In this document: one piece after another, positions 51,251 through 64,000 of the stretch | Layout of the letters: each line of letters opens with the position of its first letter | Numbering within the stretch: position 1 is the stretch's first letter | NCBI RefSeq assembly: GCF_009914755.1 | Contig: NC_060932.1 | Source: the human T2T-CHM13v2.0 reference genome, Homo sapiens | Strand: one strand, 5' to 3' | Length of the DNA stretch: 64,000 nt | The notes under the pieces: generated by a model | Database searches by the model: none | Seen by the model: the letters and a program-made list of their open reading frames with translations, nothing else | What the model was told of the DNA's origin: nothing | Position numbers and translations under genes: made by a program

Positions 51251-52298
51251 CTGCAACAGAAAGACAAGGATTCCTGAATATAGTTTTGTGTGGTTCAGAT
51301 GTCTGAGGATCGATTCCTGTCCATGTGCGAGAACTACCTTTGGTAACAACCTTTAGGACATAACCAAATAACTAGAACATCAAGCCCAAGTTTATTCTTC
51401 CCTTGATGATTAGGAAAGAATTTCAGAAATCTTGCTATGAACATCAGTTTTCATTGCTCAGTGCTGGAGATGTACAAACAACAGAGGATTTGTGATGAAG
51501 ACATATTGGTCTCATTACATGCCTTGCAATTATTCTGTATATTATTACATGTCTTGCAATTATTCTGGTTTAGACATATGGGCAGTGACTGGGTCTCAGG
51601 CATCTCTATGCCTCTCAAGACACTTCCAATCAATTGTCTTTTCAGCTCACTCCACTTGTTCAAGTTTCATTTTATGGAAGAAAGGAATCTGCTTAAACAC
51701 AGTACCATAAAGCAGAAAACTAAATTAGGAGTTTCCTAGCTAGTATTCCAGCTGAAGAAAATGGGCAGATTGGGAATAAATTTTGTTTATATTTTTAGTA
51801 TCATCTTCTATGCAAGTGGGTTATCCATGGGATATTTTAAATCAATGCTGCAAAACACCCTATAGAGCTTCCAACTTTACCTCATAAGATATCTGTATAG
51901 GGACTGCGATCTAAATATAGTGTTAGTCTATTAAGAGAGAAACATACAGGAGGCAGTAACACAATGCTTTTCAAATCCAAAGAGAGTTTATGAGGGACAC
52001 TGATGGTTCCTTATTTTAAAAATAGATATTAACTGCCAATATATTAAATACCAAGTTATGTTTTTAAAATAAAATTTTTGCTAGAAAATTTTCCTTAGAT
52101 ACTAAAATGCCACTTAAGCCTTCAAAATTTTACATCCTGGATTAGCAAATAATGACTATTATAGCATGGGAAATGCTAGCTTGATTTCAAGTTACTATAT
52201 TATCATAAAGAGGTTTTCTGTGCGAAAACTAGTGGTGAATTTTTATGTTCCATATCAGGTGATTAACTAATATAAACTGAGCAATACTACATATATTG

Positions 52299-52558
52299 CA
52301 GGGCTTCACAACCGTGGTACTACTGACATCTAGGCTGGATCATTCTCTGTTGTAGGGGCTGTTCCATGCACTATGAGATATTTAGCGGCACCCCTGACCT
52401 CCACCCACTGTATGGCAGTAGCATTCCCTATACCATGAGGTTGGTGCAAAAGTAATTGTAGTTTTTGCCATAGTTGTGACAACCAGAAACATCTCTAGTC
52501 ATTGCCAAATGTCCAGGGTGGGAGCAGGAGCAAAAATCATTCCAGTGGAAAATAACTG
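52299..52558. mobile_element. MER20 (hAT-Charlie), interrupted
   Basis: cagggcttcacaacc...tactgacat...ctccacccactg...agttgtgacaaccagaaacatctc...cattgccaaatgtcc...aactg. Confidence 0.85.
52436..52471 (+). mobile_element. Hsmar1/MADE1 solo terminal inverted repeat
   Basis: tgAGGTTGGTGCAAAAGTAATTGtaGTTTTTGCCAT is half of MADE1. Confidence 0.85.
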
Positions 52559-52720
52559 ACATACTGAATAAGTCTGATAATAAAATTTCCAAGTTATGTA
52601 AACTAACAGATAAAGTACTGAGTATTTGCAAGTTGAAAGTTCACTGAAGTTGGGAACTGAACCTCTACTTCTACTACCCACCCTCCCACCTCCACCCAGT
52701 GTGCTATCTCATACACTTCG

Positions 52721-53384
52721 TGATATGGTTTGGATGTGTCCCCACCCAAATCTCATCTTGAATTGTACTCCCATAATTCCCACATGCTGTGGGAAGGACC
52801 CGATGAGAGATAATTTGAATCATGGGGGCAGCTTCCCCCATACTGTCCTCATCATAGTGAATAAGTATCATGAGATCTGATGGTTTCATCAGGGGTTCCC
52901 GCTTTTGCATCTTCCTTATTTTCTCTTGCCGCCACCAGGTAAGAAGTGCCTTTCAGCTGGATGCGGTGGCTCACGCCTGTAATCTCAGCACTTTGGGAGG
53001 CTGAGGACAGTGGATCACAAGGTCAGGGGTTCGAGGCCAGCCTGGCCAACATGGTGAAACCCCCATCTCCACTAAAAATACAAAAATTAGCCAGGCGTGG
53101 TAGCGCATGCCTGTAATCCCAGCTACTCAGGAGGCTGAGGCAGGAAATTGCTTGAACCTGGGAGGCAGAGGTTGCAGTGAGCTGAGATCATGCCACTGTG
53201 CTCCAGACTGAGTGACAGAGCAAGACTCCATCTCAAAAAAAAAAGAAAAAAAAGAAGTGCCTTTTGCCTCCCACCATGATTCTGAGTCCTCCCCAGCCAT
53301 GTGGAACTGTAAGTGCAATTAAACTTCTTTTTCTTCTCAGTCTCAGGTATGTCTTTATCAGCTGCATGAAAACGGACTAATACA
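52721..53384 (+). mobile_element. THE1 (THE1A-like) MaLR solo LTR, split by an Alu
   Basis: TGATATGGTTTGG...gtccccacccaaatctcatcttgaattgta...gccatgtggaactgtaag...aacggactaatACA. Confidence 0.9.
52956..53251 (+). mobile_element. AluS (Sg-like) inside THE1
   Basis: Full Alu; TSD aagaagtgccttt. Confidence 0.9.
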
Positions 53385-53754
53385 CCTTGCCTCATCTCTT
53401 GCATTCAACACACACATGTTGATTGGCTCTTCTACAACTCCTCTGAAGGTTTTTAGAGTTCCATTGGAGTTCCATCAAGGGTAGCAAAAGACAGAAATCT
53501 ATGGACTTAGGAGAAAATGACAGAATATGCATTCATTACCATGCAAAATCTAACTTGAGAAGAAAGGCAAAACCAAGGCGGGGAAATACGCTGACAAGAA
53601 AAATCAGTGAAACAGTCCACAGCTTCCACAGTTAGGCAGGCATTTTCTAGGTCTCAGTGTTGTCACCGGGATTAAGCAATGTCAGTGGGTACCACAAACG
53701 AGCCTATAATTTATGTAGAAGATGAGGGAGGAAGTGTACTCAAAATGAAAGGCA

Positions 53755-54242
53755 GTGCACCTATGTTCACAGCAGCACTATTCACAACAGCTAGAAGGTG
53801 AGAGCCACCCACGTATCTATCAGTGAATGAACAGACAAACAAAATGTGGTATACACATACAATGGAATATTAATTCAGCCTTAAAAAGGAAGGAAATTTT
53901 GACACATGCTACAACATGTATGAACTCAGAGGACATTATGTCAAGTAAAATAAGCCAGACACAAAAAGATAATTACTAGTTGATTCTACACATCTGAGGT
54001 CCTAGACTAGTAGTTAAATTCATAGAGAGAGAAAGGAGAAGAGTGGTTGCCAGTGGCCGGTGGGAGGACGGGAATGGGAGTTATTTAATGGGTATAGTTT
54101 CAGTTTTGCAAGTTAGAAAGAGTTTTGAGGATAGATCATGTTGATGGTTATACAATATGGATGTACTTAATGTCACTAAACTGCACACCTAAAAATGGAT
54201 AATATGGTAAATTTTGTTATGTGTATTTTACTACAATTAAAT
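53755..54242 (+). mobile_element. L1MB-type 3' end
   Basis: atgttcacagcagcactattcacaa...aaaatgtggtatacacatacaatggaatatt...gacacatgctacaacatg...ggtaaattttgttatgtgtattttactacaat. Confidence 0.85.
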
Positions 54243-55764
54243 AGAGAAAAAAGGGAAAGGCAAAGGAGAGCATGTGGTAGAGGAGAAAGAAAGAAGCAAC
54301 ACAGGAAGATGGAAATTTATGGTCTTTGAGGGGAATCCTCTTGACCTTGGCATTTATTACTTATGGGACCTAAGGTGAGCTACTTAGCATAATTGATTCT
54401 TTGTGTCTTCATCGGCATAATTGATGTGAGGATTAGCATATGATTGGCAATAGTAGATATTCAATTAATGACAGAAAAATGAAAATATAAAGAAAAATAG
54501 GGAAAAGATAAAAGACAGAGGTGAAATGTTGGGAAGTGGTATGTTATCAAAAATGACATATGCATCACTCTTTATGATGTTGTCTGCCTTCCTTTGAGAC
54601 AACTAAAAACTTCCAAGGGAGATGAGATATAAAAACATCTTCAGAGCATCTGTGAAATGTAGTTTGTACAGCAATGACAAGTGATTTTCAAAGTTTTTTG
54701 GGTGGCAGAGAACCTGGAAACTACTTAAAACACTAGAAGTAATTAAAATAACTGAATAGAAAATTCTAGCCCACACAAAATGACATTTTTCACTAGATTA
54801 TGATACGTATAACAAAGCCAAAGATCTAGAATTGTTTTCTGGGAAAAAGGCCTTAAGCATTCCATTCATTAAATTAAATTCCTGAGAACTGGGAAAAGTT
54901 ATTAGCACCGGAACACGCTGGTCACTCATGGAACATCAGTGCATATAAAAGTAGAACTTAAGAACCACAGGCTTGCAGCTTTCCAGATACATTAAGTACA
55001 ATACAGATCAGTGTAAACCATTAATTAACCAATTGTATAAATAAGAAATTTGGGGAGGTATACCAAAGGGTTGTTAATTGGCCTGTTTCAGGGTCATAAA
55101 ACTCTATGGGGAAAGTGAGTGCTGTCGGACTTATTTGCCCTTCCACTTTCTTTCATACATTTCCCCAGAAAATAGCAAAGATAGTCAATAACATAATGTA
55201 GATTTTTTAATGTAGATTTCTTCTGAATTCTTAAAAAAATGGTGTCTTTCAATCAGTTATTAGAGATAGAATGACTAAAACTGTAGTCACGATTCACCTA
55301 AAAGGGGAAAATGAAGAACAATAAAACATCCTACAAGCCATGTCCAGACTTAAGTGACTCCAGGTTAAATTCGAGATGTATCACATGCTTGGGAAAGGAT
55401 GAATGTTTTTTTTCCACAACAAAGGGAGAGGAGCATAAAGATGTCAAATTGCTTCTGACTGAAAACCAAAGACTCTCATTAGAATGCAAAGAACTAGTTT
55501 TCAGGCCACTTGCTTTGTGAACAAAGCTCCATCAAATAAGATTAAGTTACACTCGAATTACGACATACAATCAGCCCTTTGGAGAAACAATCTTCAGAGC
55601 GGCCTGTGACAGAGGTCTGCCTGGAAGTACTGTTACAGCCTTGTCTAAGGACCCAGAGAAGCAGCATTGGGGGTGGGCACTGCTCTCCATCCCTGGAAGC
55701 TTGGCTCACTGTTGGAACTTCCTCCTTCCCTTCCTCTCTCTCTTTCTCTCCTCCCACCTAACCC

Positions 55765-56058
55765 TTTATTTTTTTCAAGACAGGATTTGCTCTGTCACCC
55801 AGGCTGGAGTGTGGTGGCACCATCACAGCTCAATGCAGCCTCCGCCTCCCAGGCTCAGGTGATCCTCCCACCTCAGTCTCCCGAGTACCTAGGACTACAG
55901 GTATGTGCCACCACATCCAGCTAATTTTTGGATTTTTTTGTAGAGATGGGGTTTCCCCATGTTGCCCAGGCTGCTCTCCAACTCCTGGGCTCAAACAATT
56001 CTCCTGCTTTGGCCTCTCAAAGAGTTGGGATTACAGGTGTGAGCCACTGTTCCTGGCC
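55765..56058 (-). mobile_element. AluJ
   Basis: Reverse dimeric Alu with J-type cctgggctcaa. Confidence 0.88.
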
Positions 56059-56902
56059 TTCTGTTAGAATTTCTTACCACTAAGAGAAGAAAGTCTCTCT
56101 CTGGGTTGTCAAAAGATATAAGAATATCTCGTCCTAAGATAAAACAGTATTCCATAATCTGTCAACTTCTCAAATTATTATAATTATAAATAATGATAAT
56201 GATAAAATGGTGGCAGTGCATATTTAATAACTATAATTTGGTCACAGAATTACCATTGATATTAATAAGGCTAAGTAATGATACTAGGTGCTTATAGAGT
56301 CTTCTACCTACAAATTTTATAGATAATATCTTAGCTATCTTTGCTAAAATGTTCTGAGATAGGCAAAGGACATGACTGTGATTTTCACGCAAAGGAATCA
56401 CATGGAAACAGGTTCAGATGTCTGCAGTGACACTGTGATTCTGTGGCAGAAGCAGAAAGTCATTACAGCCCAACACATTGACTTAAGACCATGGTCAAGA
56501 GACATTCTTAGTGTCTGTAGATGACATGCTGAGGTGGCCTGCAAGGCATGAAACAGGCTGAGTTGAAAACAGAAAAGGGTCAGAGAGCTCAGGAATAAGG
56601 ATATTTGACACAGCTCTTACTGTGTCAATAAGAATATTTGACACAGCTCTTACTCATTCTGATCTACTGAAATTCCCCAGTTCAGACTCCATTGAAAGCC
56701 CTGGGATGGCACACACTGTAAGCAAAACGTAAAACTGCATTGTCACACTTCTTCTTCTCTCTCTCCCCTTCTAACACACACAAACAACTTCTGCCTTCCT
56801 CCTCTTAGTTCCAGGTCACCAGTATTTAAGGGGTTTGTAACTCAGATGAAGGCACTGAAGGAGGAGGAAAAAGAAGGGGAAAAGGGAAAGAAAAAGTCAT
56901 AG

Positions 56903-57451
56903 TGTTACTGGAAAGGAGCCCTGATCCAGAGCCCAAAAGAGGGTTCTTGGATCTCAAACAAGAAAGAATTCAGGGCGAGTCCATGGAGTAAAGTGAAAGC
57001 AAGTTTATTAAGAATGTAAAGGAATAAAAGAATGGATACTCCAATGGCTACTCCATAGGCTGCTGGTTGCCCATTTCTATGGTTATTTCTTGATTATCTG
57101 CTAAACAAGGAATGGATTATTCATGTCTCCCATTTTTAGATCACATAGGGTAATCTCCTGACATTGCCATGGCATCTGTAAACTGTCAAGGCGCTGGTGG
57201 GAGTGTAGCAGTGAGGACGACCAGAGGTCACTCTCATGGTCATCTTGGTTTTGGTGGGTTTTAGCCGGCTTCTTTACTGCAACCTGTTTTATCAGCAAGG
57301 TCTGTATGACCTGTATCTTTGGCTGACCTCCTATCTCATCCTGTGACTTAGAATGCCTTAACCATCTGGGAATGCAGCCCAGTAGGTCTCAGCCTCATTT
57401 TACCCAGCCCCTATTCAAGATGGAGCTGCTCTGGTTCAAATGCCTCTGACA
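56903..57451 (-). mobile_element. MER41A solo LTR (canonical length)
   Basis: Minus strand TGTCAGAGGCATTTGAACCAGAGC...CAGTAACA, 549 bp; TSD atag at 56899-902 and 57452-55. Confidence 0.92.
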
Positions 57452-57835
57452 ATAGGGCTGTAGAGATGGGATGCCTTCCTCCTTTCCCCTACCTCTCCAG
57501 TTCCAGGGTAGGGGCACAGAGAGAAAAAGGAGAGATGTGAGTAGGGGGGGAGGGTCTCTGCTGCATTCTTGTCACACCTCCCTTCTCCAGGGTCCCTCCC
57601 AGCTCCAGGCCTATCAAATCACGCCCCTATCTGTACCATTCCTTCACCTGCCCTGGCCCACATGACCAGCTCCTATTTCACTCCTCCTTCCTAACTCCTT
57701 AAAGTCCCTTCCCCCATCGCTGTCAAAGTACTCACTCCAGGCTGTAAGCACCACCTCCAGTGTTATGAGAGTGCTTGATCTCACTCCCTGGAACGTAAGG
57801 ACAGAAGTCTCCATTTCTGCAGCAATCAGACAGGA

Positions 57836-58070
57836 GGATAATAAAAGCTCAAATATACTGAGTGCATTTACCACACAACACTTTATAAATACAGTTCTGA
57901 GTGCATTCATATGGATTACTTTAATACTCAAAACCATACAAAGACATACTTTTACTCTTCCTAATATACAGATGGGGATATTGAGGCTTAATGAGGTTAT
58001 GTAAGTTGTATAGAGTTACTCTTTACAAGAGGGAAAGCCAGGATTTGAACCCAAGTCATGAGACTTCAAT
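57836..58070 (-). mobile_element. MIR
   Basis: atactgagtgcatttacc...tacagatggggatattgaggctt...agccaggatttgaacccaag. Confidence 0.7.
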
Positions 58071-59353
58071 GTTCTGAATATGTTTTTATGAAGATACATA
58101 ACACTAAAATCTGAAATAAAAGCTCAGGATGCATTTTTTCCTGCAGAAACATTACTATAAATAGTCACTGGTTCTAGAGCCCTATTAATAAAGATTATTA
58201 GTTAAAAAGCTTCTGGGAGCTGACCTAGAAACCACCACACATCATTTACTATTGCCAGAGAAAAATGGATCCCACCTTTTCACCAATCGGTTCAACAAAC
58301 AAATGTTTGGAACATAATCCATTTTCCATATGGGAAATGCCATTCCCTGTGGAGGTAGAGAAATGTATGTGTGCACTTTCTATGTACTCATGTGTAGGAA
58401 CAGCCACAGACACACCATTGGGTCACAGAGCAGGGGTCAAGACATGGTATGGATGTGTTTAACTCACCAAGTTGCTCAAATGAAAGAAGAGGAAAAAATG
58501 TTACTATTCAATAACAAACCTTCAGGAAAACATCCTATCTGGTTAAAAACTGTCCTTTTTGTCCTAGATGGGCAGGCTTCAGTGATGACCTGTGGATAAG
58601 GTCACACTGCAATGCAGATGAAGATGGGAGAATATCTTGTGGAACAGAAGGTTTATGATTTCAGGGAGAATAGTAAAAAAAGGAGAAAGGAGGGATGAAA
58701 ATATTTGGCTCTAAATGATTTGGTAAATTGCAGCTTCCACATGTGATTCAAAAATTTTAAGACAGTCTTAAAATTATCTCCTTGGACACTTTATGAAAAC
58801 TAAACAATTATTGTCTATGAGGAATTCATGATGAATTAAAAAAATTAAGTCTCTCTTACTGTTAATATTTTAGCATGACTTTCACACAATCTTCCTAATT
58901 GGAACCTTGAGAAATGAATGAAAATATATGTTATAAAATACTTGAGGTCTATGGAGGAAGGCCATTATTTCTACAGCAATATAGAATTCTATAGGATTAA
59001 ATGATTGATTGCCAATTCATTTTTTCAGTCTGTCGCTAAGTGACGCTAATGTAGATGTGTGCTTTCCTGACAACCTATCAGTCTTGTTCAACATTTCAGG
59101 CTAGTAATTGGCAGGCAATAATGCTGAATCTGCAGGAGAGCTCCAAGGTCACGGTTCCTTCTCTTAGCACAGTTCCAGCACATTGTGGAATGCCCTTGGA
59201 GATTCAGAAGAATGAATTTCTCTCTGGGATCATTCAAAGCTCACAAACTCAGCCACCTCCTGAGTATAATAATTAATTCCCACTTGCTGGGGACATGTTT
59301 ATCCCCTGACTCAGGTTTACTCAGCTCCGGATCAAAATTGCTAATGAGCTTAT

Positions 59354-59647
<294 letters not shown>

Positions 59648-59910
59648 TAACGAGCTTATTTTACAGACCACAAAGCATGGTCCCCCTGAGGTGACATGAA
59701 CAGAAGGCCCAGAAAGGGAAACTCCCAGCTGCTTTCTCTACTTGTCTGGAAACAAAACCCAGCATTTGAAGTGATCACCTTATAAGTACAGCATGATCCT
59801 AATTTTATAAACTACAACAAAATCCAAAAAGCCCAAGCAAGGCTATGTGATCATGTCTAGAACACAAACTTTCAAGCCAGAATGCCTGGGACTGAACCCA
59901 CTACTAATAT

Positions 59911-60376
59911 TGTAGTGGGCTGAATGTCCCCATAAGCCGCCCTGTCCCCCTTCCCTGCTAAAAACGATAGATCCATCTGGAACCTGAGACTATCACCTGA
60001 TTTGGAAAAAAGATCTTTGCAGATTGAATTAAGTTAAGGATTTTGAGATGAGATCAACCTGGATTAGGGTAGGCCCTAAATCCAATGATAAATGTTCTTA
60101 GAAAAGAAAAGAGGAGAAGACTCAGGGAGAAAGCAATGTGAACACAGAGGCAGGGACTGAAGTGACGTGTCTATAAACCAAAGAACACCAAGGGCTGCCA
60201 GCAGCCAGAAGCTAGGACAGGGGAACAGATTCTCCCTTAGAGCCTCCAGAAGGAACAACCCTGCCAACACCCTAATTTTATACTTTGGCCTCCAGAACCA
60301 CGAAATAATACATTTCTGTTGTTGTAAGTCATTCAGTTTGTGATAATTTGTTGTGGCAGCCTTAGGAAACATATAT
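59911..60376 (+). mobile_element. MLT1 (MaLR) LTR inserted into a MIR
   Basis: tgtagtgggctgaatgtcccc...atctttgcagat...gagatgagatc...ggcctccagaac...atttgttgtggcagccttaggaaac; MIR sequence on both sides. Confidence 0.82.
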
Positions 60377-61734
60377 AAATGTCAGCCTCAGGCAAGTTAC
60401 TTATCTTTATACTTCAGTCTCCTCCACTGTAAAACAGGAATTTTAATAATCCTAATTATACAGGATTGCCATAAGCATGAATCAGTTAATGTATGTAGAG
60501 TGCTTAGAGCTGTGTTTGACACAGATATAATTTTGGAACAATGTATATTATTACTATCATCATTATCATCAATACACATATATAGACATTGAGAAGCACC
60601 TGGCAATAGCTCTGGGTATTGGGATAAAACAATACATTTTTATTGAGCTTCTCTGTGTTATACAAATTATGTGTGAGGGACGTGTATCAGTTTTCTAATC
60701 AGAAGGCATTTATTAATTTGAAATAATAATTTCATTTACAGTGGTAAGGGCTGCATACCTGCCAGTTCATCCTCAGAGAGCTATGCTACGCTTTGCAGGG
60801 ATGGAATATTTAAACAGTATACACACTGGTGGAAATCTTAATCCGATTATTAATACCTGAAAAGAACAATGTACAAATTGCTACAGATAACCTCCTCTTT
60901 TAGAAGTTGAGACAGTCTGAAAAATTGCTGCCTTTGGCTAGCACAAGGAAACTGATTTCTTGGCATGTGTGTTTTTCTTTCCATGCCAAAAGTACTTCTA
61001 CAATCATAGCACAGAACTTCCAGATTTCATACTAGACTCTTTCTGTCCTCAGAGTTTATAAACTGTCTACTATCAGATTTCTAGCTCTTTTCACTGGAAG
61101 CATTGCACAGCACTTTAATTGACCCATTTCTCTTATGAAAAGCACTATTTTGTAATGAAGTGCTAAGCCCAACTCAACCACCCTTGAATTAAGAAATATT
61201 AAGGATGAGAATGTAACACAACATAAAGCTGGTAAAATAAAAAGAACGTGGAGAAGGGCTGCTGACCAGCAGTCATGGTGAGGCAGAAGGACCCCTGTGC
61301 TCAGCAACTCTTCAGGGAGGAGAGGACAGAAGCATTGCAGTCTCCCTGGCCCAACAATAGGCAGGTGAGTTGCAAGCACTTTTAAATAATCACTGTGGAT
61401 TTGCAAAATACATCGTCTGCAAATTATTATTATCAGCAGCTCCATCCTGTCACACAAAGTAGGTTGTGTTTTACCTCAGCAGAAACTGAGGGGCTGCCAA
61501 GTTAATATTCTCATTCAAGACCCCCCTCTGAGTAGGCTGGAGTGGTCCTTCTAACCCTCCTCTGCCTCTGCTAGGTGAAGATGGTTAACCTAATTATGTT
61601 TTAAGCTTTAGGGGAGGGGTTGGTGGTTGTTTTCTTTATCAAGCATGGACACAAGGTGTTTGCTGGGAGCCTGGGGTGGGGAATGCACCTACAAATGTGC
61701 TCCTGAGGCAGGTCTCCCAGCATCACTCCTGCAT

Positions 61735-61880
61735 TTGTTTTTTTGTTTTTTTAAAGAGATGGGGTCTCACTATGTTTGTTGGAGTGCAGTGGCGCAGTCA
61801 TGGCTCACTGCAGCCTCAAACTTCTGGGCTCTGGTGATCCTCCTGCCTCAGCCACTGGAGGCCCATGCCACCATGCCCAA
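61735..61880 (-). mobile_element. Alu fragment (J-like) with deletions
   Basis: gagatggggtctcactatgtt...ggagtgcagtggcgc...ctcctgcctcagcc. Confidence 0.75.
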
Positions 61881-62055
61881 CATGCATCTTAAGCCCTCTG
61901 TGACTTTGTGCTAAGCCTCCTGGCACCATCCACCTGCTCCTATTCTTGGCTGCCACACCCATTCTTCCAATCTTGGCTTTCTCTTTCTGCATCAGGCTAC
62001 TGAAGACTAGGCTCAGTTCCATCTCTCTTCCTCTCCCTGCCTATGCCTAAGTAGA

Positions 62056-62608
<553 letters not shown>

Positions 62609-62663
62609 CTAAGTGGATTTTTCTCTAGTGATTTTGTTCCAAGTATCTACAAGCAGAATATAG

Positions 62664-62840
62664 AAGAGAAGGAGGAAGGCAGGAAGGCAGGGAGGCAGGA
62701 GGCGGGTGGACAGGGAGGGAAGGAGGGAGGGAGAGAGGGAGGCAGGCAGGCAGAAAGGAAAGAAGGGAGGGAGGAGGAAGGAAAGAAGGGAGGGAGGGAG
62801 GGAGAGAGAAAAAATAGGAGGTAGGAGGTGAGGGAGAGAG
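62664..62840. repeat. GA-rich low-complexity tract (GGAG/GGAA/GGCA units)
   Basis: Nearly pure purine on the + strand. Confidence 0.9.
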
Positions 62841-63229
62841 CAAGTGAGCTGGTGAAAGAACAAATAGGCTGTAAAAGCCTAAGAAGCACTGAGGCATGAG
62901 GCTGGGTGCTCTTCTCCATCTCCACTGCCTCATGCTCTCATGTGATCTCCAAGGAGTTACCTTGTCAATCTCTGCCTGCTCCAGCATTCTCCCACCTCCT
63001 CTCTGAATTCCTTGCATCCTCCAATGTGTCCCTGCTCCTTTTCACTTTGGCAGAGAGACCCTGAAGACCCAAACCGAGTTCCCAGTGTAAGACAAGATTC
63101 ATTCCATGCCTGAAGAAACTTCTGCCTGTCCAGTGATCCCTGATTCCTCCTCCTGGTCTACCCGATTTTGCCTTTCTTGCCCCATTTCCTTCTTGGTTCT
63201 CCTTCCTCCTTCCGTCTTCTAAATACAGA

Positions 63230-63980
63230 TGTTTTCATGGAACCTTTTCATTTCTGTCATCCTTCGATTGTCTCAAGCTTCCTCTAGAAGTTCCTGATAA
63301 GTCTGACTCTCAAATCTTTATCTCTAGACTTACCTTCTCCCCTGAGTGCCAGGTCTCTATTTCCAGCCACCTCCTGGATGGTTCTACAAGTGTGTTCCAA
63401 TAGCAACTAAATAAAATACATAAGCACTAAATTCATCTTCCTTTCCTTGAACTTGCCTCATGCCTCCCAAATTCCCAAGGTTTGCTCAAGCATCGCCACC
63501 CTCCACTGTCCAAAGACTGCAATTGCAGCAGCATCTTGGATGCCCCATTCCTGTATCACACATTCAAGAGTCACCTCTTGCATCTGCTCTCTAGTCTCCA
63601 TTTCTTTCCAGCATCCCAATTCCAGCTCTGTTTATCTTTTGGGTGGGCTGCTGTGACAGCCTGCTAATTGTTCTTCCCACTGTCCCCATAGGATTCACCC
63701 ATGGGTTCCACAGTAACTTCCTAACAAAGGTCTGATCCCATTAGTTTGGGATTCAAAGCCTCCTATGATTTAGTTTCTAAAAGACTCTTTCACTTTGCAA
63801 CCTTATTCTTTATGTACCATACACTGCTGGCTGCTGAATTATTATTCAATATTCTTCATATGTGGCCATAATTTTTGGCCTCTGTGCCTTTAATGGATAC
63901 TGTTCCAGAATACCCCTCTTTAGCTTTCAATGTCCGAATCCTTCTTGTCTTTAAAAACCACCACTCTGCAAGTTGAGTGT
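63230..63980 (+). mobile_element. L2 fragment
   Basis: gactctcaaatctttatctctag...ctcccctgag...ccacctcctggatg...catcttggatgcccc...ggcctctgtgccttt. Confidence 0.65.
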
Positions 63981-64000
63981 CTGTGAGCAGGTGAGGCTCC

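Overview
Primate (very probably human) genomic DNA. It holds the 3' ends of two convergent genes. On the + strand are the last three coding exons of CLVS1 (clavesin-1, CRAL-TRIO/Sec14 family: 1881-1991, 6051-6286, 47200-47287), with a 40.9-kb last intron. On the - strand is the terminal exon of ASPH (aspartate beta-hydroxylase: 51250-51100). Their 3'UTRs appear to overlap in a repeat-free stretch at about 48.3-49.4 kb. The rest is intron filled with transposon relics: Alus, L1, L2, L3, MIR, MaLR and ERV1 LTRs, Hsmar2, Tigger1 and hAT MERs. Almost all ORFs in the track are repeat-derived or spurious. I find no new gene or prokaryote-type system. The most unusual structure is an ~11.3-kb quasi-palindrome of two head-to-head L1PA elements 507 bp apart. 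The two copies share many non-consensus substitutions (apparent arm-to-arm gene conversion), and each has an internal deletion that fuses ORF1 in frame to ORF2. Also notable: a MER41A LTR whose integrated unit runs through its own primer-binding site to a second LTR-like end, a GAS motif in that LTR, and a candidate bidirectional poly(A) site. Subfamily calls and consensus comparisons come from recall and need RepeatMasker/Dfam confirmation.
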